Below, piece by piece: positions 1 to 8,502 of a stretch of DNA of 64,000 nucleotides (positions within the stretch are counted from its first letter, which is position 1; each line of letters begins with the position of its first letter). The position numbers were made by a program, and so were the translations under genes. Below the pieces are notes generated by a model. The model saw only the letters and a list, made by a program, of their open reading frames with translations. It was not told where the DNA came from and made no database searches. The DNA lies in IMG/VR virus record IMGVR_UViG_3300045988_129166; one strand, written 5' to 3'. Origin of the DNA: a virus.

Positions 1-47
1 AAATTCAACAGATCAGTGCTTTAAATTCAACAGATCAGTGCTTTAAA
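1..47. repeat. Tandem direct repeat, 22-bp period x ~2.1 copies (TTCAACAGATCAGTGCTTTAAA), truncated by the window start
   Basis: s[i]=s[i+22] for i=1..25; match breaks at 26/48. Confidence 0.9.
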
Positions 48-155
48 ACGGCATAATGTGAGTTTATTCTACAAAATTCAATAGGTTGAGAGTTGAAAAC
101 TATATTCTATAGATTAGTAGTAATCGGAATGTATAACAATTAAAACATAAACAAC

Positions 156-416
156 ATGAACGTATATGACTTTGCGCCTGACTTAGATTTGAGTAAGGAG
201 GAAGAAGGTTCTATTTTTGGGGTGAAAGGAATAGAAGACGGTGATGGTATAGTATATGCTAAGGTAGTTAGCTGTGTAGAAGTTAAGGATTACAGTTGTG
301 ATAGGTGTATTTTTTATGATTGTTATAAGGATAAATGTTTGTTATCGCGTAGTGATAGTTGTATAGATAGAGACTGGTGTTGTAGGTACGAACAGGCTGC
401 CATAGAGGGGGAGTAG
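156..416 (+). CDS. Small Cys-rich protein (CDRCIF-motif family, putative Zn-binding)
   Basis: 86-aa ORF; motif C-V-E..D..CDRCIF...Y..C shared with ORF 18533..18730. Confidence 0.6.
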   Translation: MNVYDFAPDLDLSKEEEGSIFGVKGIEDGDGIVYAKVVSCVEVKDYSCDRCIFYDCYKDKCLLSRSDSCIDRDWCCRYEQAAIEGE

Positions 417-523
417 GCGGCGCCTTGGGCTAAGGCCTGCGGTTGTAGGTGGAACGTAGGTCGGAGCAGAGCCGGAACAGTTTGTTGTGGAACTAAAAAA
501 AATAAAAAGGAGGAGATAGCGAT

Positions 524-604
524 ATGAAAAAGGCATTTAAGATATTTTCTATTATGTTTGTCATAGAAATAGTGTTGATAGCTATTTTAGATGCTATGGC
601 GTAA
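524..604 (+). CDS. Candidate 26-aa hydrophobic micropeptide
   Basis: AAAAGGAGGAG SD 6 nt upstream of ATG 524; MKKAFKIFSIMFVIEIVLIAILDAMA; below ORF-track size cutoff. Confidence 0.3.
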   Translation: MKKAFKIFSIMFVIEIVLIAILDAMA

Positions 605-646
605 GTGAGAAAAATTTCTTCATTAATTTTCTTATGCTTTAGACAG

Positions 647-676
647 AGTGCTCCCGTCTGCGAAGATCGGAGCACT
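647..676 (+). promoter_or_regulatory. Stem-loop (8-bp stem AGTGCTCC/GGAGCACT) with 14-nt loop containing GTCTGCGAAGAT; weak U-rich tail
   Basis: Perfect inverted repeat seen directly. Loop 12-mer identical to the loop of the terminator hairpin at 3768..3796. Confidence 0.6.
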
Positions 677-757
677 TGCTTTATGGGATTCATGGTGCGG
701 TAGGTCGGTTCGATTCCGGCGATCTCACACAACATTAAAAACAAAGGAGGAAAGAAA

Positions 758-919
758 ATGAAAGATGGTATTACATTACATCCAGAACACGGATTGAATC
801 CGTCTATAGAAGTTTGCATGATATGTGGCGAAGAGATGGGGATTGCTTTATTAGGGAATAACATCAAGGGGCAGGCGCCGCATCATATATGCACGGGAGA
901 AATATGTGACAATTATTAA
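758..919 (+). CDS. Small zinc-finger-like protein (53 aa)
   Basis: AAAGGAGGA SD 8 nt upstream of ATG; CMICGEE...HHICTGEIC cysteine/histidine pairs; below ORF-track cutoff. Confidence 0.45.
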   Translation: MKDGITLHPEHGLNPSIEVCMICGEEMGIALLGNNIKGQAPHHICTGEICDNY

Positions 920-1688
920 CGTAAGTTTCTATGAAACAATAGCAGATCCTCGATATTTCTTTGAACAAGATTATGAAGAGATGCCGGAATATGAGGAGGA
1001 ATTAGATTTTGATTTTGATTCTTATTGCAATAAGTTTATTCCTTTTGTACAGGAATGGGCGGATAAGGTGGGCGAACGCCTTTATGAATATGGTGTGAAT
1101 AACATAAAGGTAATATCGGTCGGACATCCAAAAGATCGCAATTATGGTACTGATTGGATGGATGTAAGGATAGAGTTTTGTGATGAATGGAGGCAAAAGA
1201 TGTTATCTAACATTGGTAAGATTATTAATGATGATAAATGCAAGAAGTATGCGGAGGCTAATTATCGGTCGGTATCAGGATACATCTTTTTAGGGCCTGA
1301 AGATTTAAAGGAATTTGAAAAGAAAATAATAGAAAGAAAGTCGGATTCTGGATATGATGTAACAATATTATTAAATATGTATCTAACTTTGGCTTTTGTA
1401 AAAGAATTTGGATTTAAAGCCGGAGAAGCGTGGAGTGAAATAACAGAATATGCTTACGGATGTTTGTCGTATTCCGATTTTGCAACAACAGAGATGCTTA
1501 TACCAGAAGGTTCGGAGCATTTATTCAAAGACATTTACACGGCAAAGGCCGACGAATTATATCATCATGTCCTGGATAAATTCGGATGGGCGTGGCGTGA
1601 TCCGAAATATAAGTCAGAAACAGAATTATGCGCGATGCTAAAGTGGGCAAAAGAAAAAGGCTTGACCATTGAAGAGTTAAGTATTTAA
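906..1688 (+). CDS. Hypothetical protein (260 aa; track start is GTG, true start uncertain)
   Basis: Long ORF in the co-oriented early gene array; no recognisable motif. Confidence 0.75.
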   Translation: MTIINVSFYETIADPRYFFEQDYEEMPEYEEELDFDFDSYCNKFIPFVQEWADKVGERLYEYGVNNIKVISVGHPKDRNYGTDWMDVRIEFCDEWRQKMLSNIGKIINDDKCKKYAEANYRSVSGYIFLGPEDLKEFEKKIIERKSDSGYDVTILLNMYLTLAFVKEFGFKAGEAWSEITEYAYGCLSYSDFATTEMLIPEGSEHLFKDIYTAKADELYHHVLDKFGWAWRDPKYKSETELCAMLKWAKEKGLTIEELSI

Positions 1689-1715
1689 TTGTTAAACATA
1701 AGGCAGTAGTGGTGC

Positions 1716-2000
1716 GTGAGTATAGGTGCTGCCGTTAAAATATTTTATAAGATGAAAAAAGAAGAGATTCAAACTATTTTATACACAATCAAAGAAGGAG
1801 ACAGTATTAAGATCAAAGTACAAGACAAAAGTGAAGAGATAAGACTGCGGGATCATGTAAGAAGAACGCAGAAATACGGATACAGGTTTTGTTTGTCTCA
1901 TTTGCATGATGGAATTTTCTATCTGGAGAAGTTGGAAGAAGGGGATAAGGATAAATACTATAGAGTAATAAACAGAGGAAATGGAAAGACCGGAGTATAA
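1716..2000 (+). CDS. Hypothetical protein
   Basis: 94-aa ORF in packed array. Confidence 0.6.
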   Translation: MSIGAAVKIFYKMKKEEIQTILYTIKEGDSIKIKVQDKSEEIRLRDHVRRTQKYGYRFCLSHLHDGIFYLEKLEEGDKDKYYRVINRGNGKTGV

Positions 2001-2274
2001 TAAGCTACGCAAAATGGCTAAGACTACTCCAGGTCTGATAGTGGACGAGGCGCAAAACATGATGCGTGTATCGCTATACGATAATGGGGAACTTAAGAAG
2101 GTGGTAGTAGTAATGAAATGCGATTCTTTTTTACAGTCAAAAAGTAACATAGAAAAGATAATGTTATTATCATCTTCTATAGAAGATAGAAAAAACAAAG
2201 AAAAAAATAAAGCAAAATCAGAAAATGAACAGAATAACAAAAATAAGAGAAGAAATAGGAGAAAAACAGGTTGA
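1981..2274 (+). CDS. Hypothetical protein with K/N/R-rich low-complexity C-terminus
   Basis: 97-aa ORF overlapping its neighbours; basic tail NKEKNKAKSENEQNNKNKRRNRRK. Confidence 0.5.
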   Translation: MERPEYNKLRKMAKTTPGLIVDEAQNMMRVSLYDNGELKKVVVVMKCDSFLQSKSNIEKIMLLSSSIEDRKNKEKNKAKSENEQNNKNKRRNRRKTG

Positions 2275-2608
2275 TTTAACCTTTTACGGGCACTTTTGCA
2301 GCCTTATCGAAGGTGATAGAAAGATAATACTAAGAGCGATAAAAAACGGTCGTAAAAAAGGCGTAATCGGAGCCATTCAGCCTGGGAGACATGATAGAAT
2401 TTGGACCACATGGTCTATTGCTTTTGATGATCTGAAGGTAGGGGATACGGTAGAGTTCAGTACATCTGGAAAATACAATCCCGGATTTCATTCTACAGAA
2501 AAGTATGTAGGGTGTGTAGAATGGATAAAAGGATCGGAATGTGCGATAAAAACCGGCAATGGAATGGCGGTAGTATTAATTAAACACATAGAAAGGGTAG
2601 TAAAATGA
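2225..2608 (+). CDS. Hypothetical protein
   Basis: 127-aa ORF; ATGA overlap with the next gene. Confidence 0.6.
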   Translation: MNRITKIREEIGEKQVDLTFYGHFCSLIEGDRKIILRAIKNGRKKGVIGAIQPGRHDRIWTTWSIAFDDLKVGDTVEFSTSGKYNPGFHSTEKYVGCVEWIKGSECAIKTGNGMAVVLIKHIERVVK

Positions 2609-2889
2609 TGGGGTTGAGAGAATTTGTAGAACTTTTTGACAAGAATGAAGTAAAGAATTTGTTTAATGCATTGTCTTCATGTATAGAATACGTAAGGATA
2701 GATTTGCATGTATTTAATATAGGTGCTCATGTTGCGTGTCTGTACAGTAATGATCCTGAATTGCTTTCACAGGCAGAAGGTTGTAATGTGAATATGATAA
2801 TAGAGGTACCCTACTTGTTTGAAGCATTTATGGAATACGCTTCACCGGAACTGAAAGCTTATTATGATGAACTAACAAAAGAAGTATGA
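2605..2889 (+). CDS. Hypothetical protein
   Basis: 94-aa ORF; ATGA junctions on both sides. Confidence 0.6.
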   Translation: MMGLREFVELFDKNEVKNLFNALSSCIEYVRIDLHVFNIGAHVACLYSNDPELLSQAEGCNVNMIIEVPYLFEAFMEYASPELKAYYDELTKEV

Positions 2890-3368
2890 AAGAGGAAGTA
2901 GAACGGATAAAGAAGTTGGTAGGCATAGATCATAACAGATGGGAGCAACCTTGTACATGTGATAAATGCAAGAACATGTGTAAGGTCCCTTGTATTGGTA
3001 CGCCAAAAGACATAGAGGCTATTATAGATGCCGGATACGCTGACAGGTTAAAAGAAACAATGTGGATGGTAGGGTATCTTGCAGTGAAAGAAAAACCAAT
3101 AGCGATGATCCAGCCAACAGAGAAAGACGGGTGGTGCGCATTCCGCCAGCCGGACGGTCTCTGCGAGCTGCATGACCGCGGACTAAAGCCGACTGAAGGA
3201 GTTCTGGCTTCTTGCAAGGTGGTTGAAGAAGACGATATTCCAACATACGAGACATCCGTACTTAGAGCGGTAGCCCACGAGTGGGTTAAGGTAGAGAACT
3301 TCGCAACTATAATGAGGGTCGTTTTTAAATACTTGCATTACAATGAACGTAGAGAACAAGATAAATAA
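2886..3368 (+). CDS. Cys-cluster protein, YkgJ/CxxCxxCC-like putative Fe-S or Zn-chelating domain
   Basis: CTCDKCKNMCKVPC ... GWCAFRQPDGLCELHDRGLKP resembles the YkgJ-family Cys pattern (from memory). Contains a GC-rich codon island. Confidence 0.6.
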   Translation: MKEEVERIKKLVGIDHNRWEQPCTCDKCKNMCKVPCIGTPKDIEAIIDAGYADRLKETMWMVGYLAVKEKPIAMIQPTEKDGWCAFRQPDGLCELHDRGLKPTEGVLASCKVVEEDDIPTYETSVLRAVAHEWVKVENFATIMRVVFKYLHYNERREQDK

Positions 3369-3747
3369 GATAGCTAAGATCTTAAAAGAAAAAGGATTTA
3401 TTGTGTATAAGAAAGGCGGAAAGGAACCAGGTGTGTTTTACGCCAAAGAAGGTGACAGCCGGATAGGATTCGTTTATCCCAACAACGGATATATATACGA
3501 CAGGATAAAAATGTGGTCTTTTTCAAGGGTATATAAACCACATAAGAAAACCGGGTCTTCGTGCTTAATGTGTGTCAGCGACGAATTTACTATAGAGAAT
3601 GCGATTAAGAGCATAGAGGATAGATTGTGGGTAAATTACATAAAAGACGGTAACAGAAAACGACCAGAAGAATATAAAAATATAAGAGAATTTGTTGGTA
3701 GCTTCACTAAATTCTACAACTCTGTAGAATTAGTTGAGGTTAAGTAG
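3343..3747 (+). CDS. Hypothetical protein
   Basis: 134-aa ORF followed by a terminator at 3768. Confidence 0.65.
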   Translation: MNVENKINKIAKILKEKGFIVYKKGGKEPGVFYAKEGDSRIGFVYPNNGYIYDRIKMWSFSRVYKPHKKTGSSCLMCVSDEFTIENAIKSIEDRLWVNYIKDGNRKRPEEYKNIREFVGSFTKFYNSVELVEVK

Positions 3748-3767
3748 TTTTCCATGTAAGTTAGTTA

Positions 3768-3803
3768 CCGGCACTGGTCTGCGAAGATAGGTGCCGTTTT
3801 TTT
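3768..3803 (+). terminator. Rho-independent terminator (stem CCGGCAC/GTGCCG, loop TGGTCTGCGAAGATAG, T7 run)
   Basis: Hairpin plus TTTTTTT seen directly, 21 nt after the stop of 3343..3747. Loop carries the same GTCTGCGAAGAT 12-mer as the hairpin at 647. Confidence 0.7.
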
Positions 3804-3824
3804 ATTCAAGAAAGGAGGACAAAG

Positions 3825-4103
3825 ATGGAGAAAAGAGACAAGAAGATGCCTTACGAGGTAGTCATACAGGAAAGAAAAAGAGTGGATTTGTACGGTAACG
3901 TAGTGTATTATATCCATTGGTTTGATAAATATGGGTACAATATCACAAAAGAATGGAAATTCTGGAGCAAGGGCCCGAAAAAGAAATATGATAGAGTTAA
4001 TCGTTATCTAACGGATAGTTGGCTGAAGGAATACTGTGGGAATAACAATTTAAAGATAAGTAGAATTGAGGAACTTGATTATTATTATAAAATAACAGAT
4101 TAA
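3825..4103 (+). CDS. Hypothetical protein
   Basis: AAAGGAGGA SD 8 nt upstream of ATG; 92 aa. Confidence 0.75.
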   Translation: MEKRDKKMPYEVVIQERKRVDLYGNVVYYIHWFDKYGYNITKEWKFWSKGPKKKYDRVNRYLTDSWLKEYCGNNNLKISRIEELDYYYKITD

Positions 4104-4107
4104 TATT

Positions 4108-4392
4108 ATGACAGCAGCAGAAAAATTGCGTATGGAAATAGCGCAAGAAGCACCATTTAGTAAGGACGAATTTATTAGTAAAATCTCTCGTCTAATTAAG
4201 GCGTATGGATATGCAAGTTTTATTTGCGACAAGCATATTAGAGAAACCGATGTATCGCCTAACGGTAACACGATCCGTATGGCACATGAACAAGTGGCAA
4301 TTGATTTTGCTCGTTCTGAGGGTTTCTCGGTATCATATAAACATAACAGTTATGGTGTTAGATACATAGTATTCACTTTGTGTAAAATATAA
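4108..4392 (+). CDS. Hypothetical protein
   Basis: 94-aa ORF in array. Confidence 0.65.
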   Translation: MTAAEKLRMEIAQEAPFSKDEFISKISRLIKAYGYASFICDKHIRETDVSPNGNTIRMAHEQVAIDFARSEGFSVSYKHNSYGVRYIVFTLCKI

Positions 4393-4396
4393 AGAC

Positions 4397-4738
4397 ATGG
4401 AAGACAGACTTATTACAACAAAAGAAGTAGGGAATTATCGTATAAAAATATACTATGATACTGACATGGAATGTCCTTGTAAAAGTTGGGATATGGCAGC
4501 ATGTTTCTTATGGGAATATAGCGATTCATACCAACTGCAAGATGTGTGCGATTGGAGAGAAGTATTTGGTAAATACGGAGATGGTCGACACTCGCTTATA
4601 GATGCACTACATAAACTTATTAGTGAATATGTTAAATGGAAAGACTTGCTGAATTATTTTAAGAAAGGCAAGATTGACGTTTCTATGTATGTAAGCCGCT
4701 ATCTTTCTATAAATCACAACAAGAAATCCAGAAAGTAA
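4397..4738 (+). CDS. Hypothetical protein
   Basis: 113-aa ORF. Confidence 0.65.
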   Translation: MEDRLITTKEVGNYRIKIYYDTDMECPCKSWDMAACFLWEYSDSYQLQDVCDWREVFGKYGDGRHSLIDALHKLISEYVKWKDLLNYFKKGKIDVSMYVSRYLSINHNKKSRK

Positions 4739-4832
4739 ATCCGCTTTATGCTTTCAAGGTGGCCACTGCTTATTTTAGAGAACAAGGGAAGGTTCCGGTA
4801 TTTGAAGATAGTAACTGTAGATTAATAAAACT

Positions 4833-5069
4833 ATGAGCATAAAAGTAATAAGATACAGGTTGCCCTCTTATTGGGCTTGCCCGTTAATCAATGATGATTA
4901 CACTGGATTAACGGATGAAGAATGTGAGGAAATCCAACGCTTCTTGGAAGCAGCAGAAGGTTATCCGGTAGATGTAGATTTGGAAACACAAGGGTTTTAC
5001 CGTTGTAATGACGCAGGAACACTTCCCGGAGAGTGTGCAGATTTTATTTTTCATAAGTGTAATGATTAA
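4833..5069 (+). CDS. Hypothetical small acidic Cys-containing protein
   Basis: 78-aa ORF. Confidence 0.55.
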   Translation: MSIKVIRYRLPSYWACPLINDDYTGLTDEECEEIQRFLEAAEGYPVDVDLETQGFYRCNDAGTLPGECADFIFHKCND

Positions 5070-5080
5070 ACTAAAATAAT

Positions 5081-5977
5081 ATGGAAACTACAAACAAACT
5101 GTTTTATTCAGGTACAAAATTCTTTACAGAAAATGAAGAAGATTATAGAATAACAGTTAGAATCTCTTTGGATGATGACTGCAAAAATAACATATGCGAC
5201 TGGAGCATAACAGCCGACGTTGACTGGAAAAACAAGCATGGAAAATATGAGGATTACTTAGGAGGCTGCTGCCACGATGAAGTCGTAAAACATTTTCCGG
5301 AATTGGCGAAATTCATATCGTTGCATCTTTGTAACCATTATGGTGCTCCTATGTATCCGGTAGATAATGGTATGTATCACATAAAAAATAGTGGTATGTC
5401 TGTGGCAATGGAGTATTTGCGTATATCAAAACAAGAATGCGTAGAATTATATAAAGCCTCTGAGGATAAGTTGTATTTCAAGTATCTGCTTTTCAATCTG
5501 GGGATTGTGGATAGACAGAAAAGAGAATCAGAAGAACTTATTGCGGAACTTGAAAAATTGTGTGGTAAGAAGTGGGTTAATCCATATAAGCCGGAAGAAG
5601 AAAGATTTGTTTTAACACTAACGGACGAGGAACGTTTGCTTATTGAAGAGCGCATTAAAGCTGGGTATTATTCCGCAGAAAGTATCGAAAAACGTAGGGA
5701 AGAGACTCATAAGGCAGAGATGTTGAAAAAGCGTGCTGAAATTTGTGAGCAATATGATAAGAAAATCAGACAAGCAGAAGCAGAAAAGAAGATAATGCTT
5801 TGTGTGTTTGATTATGGGTTGTCTACCGATAATGTTATATATTATCCTCACACGAACACTTTGTCTTTCAACTGGGACAGCTATGAAGAAAAAATCACAC
5901 AAGAAGAGTTTGATGATTTTGTGAATAAGGTAGACCGCTCTCAATTGCCAGAAGATATTAGGTTTGAGCTTAAATAA
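5081..5977 (+). CDS. Hypothetical protein (298 aa)
   Basis: Long ORF; no motif recognised. Confidence 0.75.
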   Translation: METTNKLFYSGTKFFTENEEDYRITVRISLDDDCKNNICDWSITADVDWKNKHGKYEDYLGGCCHDEVVKHFPELAKFISLHLCNHYGAPMYPVDNGMYHIKNSGMSVAMEYLRISKQECVELYKASEDKLYFKYLLFNLGIVDRQKRESEELIAELEKLCGKKWVNPYKPEEERFVLTLTDEERLLIEERIKAGYYSAESIEKRREETHKAEMLKKRAEICEQYDKKIRQAEAEKKIMLCVFDYGLSTDNVIYYPHTNTLSFNWDSYEEKITQEEFDDFVNKVDRSQLPEDIRFELK

Positions 5978-6278
5978 AATACAGGATATGGAAAGATTGA
6001 ATTTTGAAACATTGTTTCGTATCGTAAGATGGGATTACAACCGTTGTTTTAAGGATGAGTCGTTAGATAAGGATTTGTTCGTGGAAAAATATGGGAAAGT
6101 TACGGGTGAACATTATTATAACAAGTTCGTTCATGAGTTTGACGGGAACATCCTGAAGATGATTGGTTACTTCAGAGGTTCCGAAAAAGAGGGGCAAGTC
6201 TTCTGCGATATGATAACCGAACGTATTGAAAAATGCGAAAAGAGAATGTCATATGATAAAGGTAAGTTAAACAATTAA
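5964..6278 (+). CDS. Hypothetical protein
   Basis: 104-aa ORF with a short overlap upstream. Confidence 0.6.
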   Translation: MSLNKIQDMERLNFETLFRIVRWDYNRCFKDESLDKDLFVEKYGKVTGEHYYNKFVHEFDGNILKMIGYFRGSEKEGQVFCDMITERIEKCEKRMSYDKGKLNN

Positions 6279-6290
6279 AAAGATATTTAT

Positions 6291-6818
6291 ATGAACAATT
6301 CAATAGTCGCTCACTTGTGGGCTCATGAACAAGAAGAATCAGCATCAGGGAGCAATTTCTTCTTTGAAGGTACAAGTATTTATTCTTATGGGCATCACTT
6401 TGAAGTCGGAAGAATAGTAAAAAACAAACAAGGGAAGAAAGCATACCTGATAAATGAAGATTATTATTCTGCTACCACGAGCAAACATCAATGCTATGTT
6501 CGTAATGCGATACCAACTTGGGCAATGGTTTTCAGTGTAAAGGAAGATGATTATTTTCCATTCTCATCTACTGATGTAGTAGGATACGAGTATAAACTTC
6601 TCTACCATGAGAAATTCTTCGAACATCTTCATATGAAGAGGCTGGTCATTGACGAAAATATTCCTTTTCCAGTAAGCACATGGGAGCGCTCATATCGGTA
6701 TAAAGGATATGGTTACAATATGTGCCGGGAGACAAAGAAAAAACTTCTACAGGCTATTAAAGGTGTAAACGTAGAGGAGGAAGATGTATCTTTGTACACT
6801 ACTGGAGGATGGGATTAA
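6291..6818 (+). CDS. Hypothetical protein (175 aa)
   Basis: ORF immediately upstream of the methyltransferase. Confidence 0.7.
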   Translation: MNNSIVAHLWAHEQEESASGSNFFFEGTSIYSYGHHFEVGRIVKNKQGKKAYLINEDYYSATTSKHQCYVRNAIPTWAMVFSVKEDDYFPFSSTDVVGYEYKLLYHEKFFEHLHMKRLVIDENIPFPVSTWERSYRYKGYGYNMCRETKKKLLQAIKGVNVEEEDVSLYTTGGWD

Positions 6819-6836
6819 CTTATAAAACATAGATAT

Positions 6837-7499
6837 ATGAATACATCATTTGAGAAATCTAAAAACAGTACAGATGAATGGTACACACCTAAAGAAATTA
6901 TAGACGCTTTAGGGAAATTTGATTTAGATCCATGTGCGCCTATGCGTCCGTTATGGAGGACAGCCAGGGTTATGTATAACAAAGAGCAAGATGGATTAAA
7001 ACAAAAATGGGAAGGAAGGGTATGGTTAAACCCACCTTATTCAAGACCGACTATAGAGCATTTTATTACTCGTATGGTAGAGCACAATAATGGAATAGCT
7101 CTTCTTTTTAATCGTCTTGACAATAAGATGTTTCAGGATGTTGTATTCCCGAAAGCAAAAGGTATATTGTTCATGAAAGGAAGGATAAAATTCCACAGAG
7201 AAGATGGAACAATAGGTGAAAGTCCAGGATGTGGGTCTATTCTGGTTGCATTCGGCGAAGAGAATGCGGAAACATTAAGATCTTCTAATATTGAAGGAAG
7301 ATATATACAGGTCAATCAAGAACCGTGTAACACCCATGTAGATTGGGAACAACGTAGATACGAGATGGCAAAAACCATGCTTCCGATCACATCCGTATCA
7401 GGGCGTGGACCTCACGGTGAATTAATATTGGAGACGTGTGATAAGGCGGCTGAATTAGCTGTAATATATGCGGATGCTTTAATTAAAGAGCTGAAATGA
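6837..7499 (+). CDS. Phage Dam-type DNA N6-adenine methyltransferase
   Basis: N-terminal EWYTPKEIIDALGKFDLDPCAP and catalytic NPPYS (motif IV) match the phage Dam MTase family. Confidence 0.8.
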   Translation: MNTSFEKSKNSTDEWYTPKEIIDALGKFDLDPCAPMRPLWRTARVMYNKEQDGLKQKWEGRVWLNPPYSRPTIEHFITRMVEHNNGIALLFNRLDNKMFQDVVFPKAKGILFMKGRIKFHREDGTIGESPGCGSILVAFGEENAETLRSSNIEGRYIQVNQEPCNTHVDWEQRRYEMAKTMLPITSVSGRGPHGELILETCDKAAELAVIYADALIKELK

Positions 7500-7642
7500 A
7501 ATCAACAGTATATGATCATCTTGAGAATGATTATAGATTTTATGGACTTCCTCTATTTAAAGCTACGGCTGTAAAATATGGATGGAATAATCCTATAGGG
7601 GAAGACAGTGGGAGAGAGAAAAAATATAATTTACAGTATTAA
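7496..7642 (+). CDS. Candidate small ORF (48 aa)
   Basis: ATGA overlap with the stop of the upstream gene; fills a 150-nt gap; below track cutoff. Confidence 0.35.
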   Translation: MKSTVYDHLENDYRFYGLPLFKATAVKYGWNNPIGEDSGREKKYNLQY

Positions 7643-7653
7643 GTGGATATATT

Positions 7654-8490
7654 ATGAGCACAAGTAAAGAATACAAGGCGGTAAGAAACTGCATACTAAA
7701 TGAACTTCACCTTACCAAAGAAGATATAATCAAAAACATAGAATCATTATTGGAAAAGCTTGTAAAAAGGTGCATGCATAATACATACGGAGGAAACAAT
7801 CAGATAGAAAATTGGATCAGATGTATGGTAAATGATGAGCTTAAACAAAGGAATTATGGTTTTGTAGAAAGAATAAGCAAGGAAGTCATAAAAGATCATG
7901 TGTTGAATGAGTTGAACATAATTGTAAGACCAAAAAATGAAAGATGCGTATGTGAAAATAGAGTACCATCAAGAAAAGATGGTTTGTATCTAATCTACGG
8001 AAACGGACACGCTGAGCCGTTTACTGGAGAGAATTTCAAAAAGAATGTGCGTTATATCGGATTAAAACACAAAGACGTATCGTTTGCTATCTCGCTGACG
8101 GAGCATGATAGTGTACGGTTGCTTGACAATGATAGCCGTAAAGAATCCGGAAGTGAGACATATTACGAACGTGAATGTGATGCGCTGTTTGATATTGATG
8201 GACGCGGCAACACGGAACGACTTGTAGCCAGAAATCCAAAATTGAGAAATCTGCTGGAAGATGACGAGTATATACCATCTCTTGGTCAATTAAATTTAAT
8301 GAACCATTATATGGACGAACTAAACAAAGCATTCGCTTATGTTTCGGCATCTCCCCTCTCCTCGGCGCGGTATTGGTCCAGTACCGAGTACAGCAAGGTC
8401 AGCGCATGGTTCGTGAGCTTCTCCATTGGCGGCACGCACAGCAACATCGAGTACAATAGTTACAGGGTTCGGGCGGTAATTGATTTTTAA
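7654..8490 (+). CDS. Hypothetical protein (278 aa) with an atypical GC-rich, Ser/Ala-rich C-terminal segment
   Basis: ORF immediately upstream of the ABC ATPase; last ~45 codons lie in a GC-rich island at 8340..8470. Confidence 0.65.
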   Translation: MSTSKEYKAVRNCILNELHLTKEDIIKNIESLLEKLVKRCMHNTYGGNNQIENWIRCMVNDELKQRNYGFVERISKEVIKDHVLNELNIIVRPKNERCVCENRVPSRKDGLYLIYGNGHAEPFTGENFKKNVRYIGLKHKDVSFAISLTEHDSVRLLDNDSRKESGSETYYERECDALFDIDGRGNTERLVARNPKLRNLLEDDEYIPSLGQLNLMNHYMDELNKAFAYVSASPLSSARYWSSTEYSKVSAWFVSFSIGGTHSNIEYNSYRVRAVIDF

Positions 8491-8502
8491 AAAGGATTAC
8501 AT

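Noticed and set aside
600-730. tRNA-like segment: GTCGG-TTCGATT-CCGGC (704..720) looks like a T-arm followed by a 7-nt acceptor-like GATCTCA.
   Set aside because: No complementary 5' acceptor strand could be found. The only pairing partner (GTGAGA at 605) is ~120 nt upstream, and no D or anticodon arms could be folded. It is not called as a tRNA and should be checked with tRNAscan-SE. It could be a tRNA 3' fragment (attP-like), but no integrase is present.
2930-3255. Minus-strand ORFs 2930..3217 and 3022..3255. Similar cases are 8062..8350, 14766..15169, 17655..17870, 25687..25911 and 29988..30179.
   Set aside because: All coincide with GC-rich islands where stop codons are rare. They are antisense or alternate-frame to well-supported genes in the uniformly plus-strand early module.
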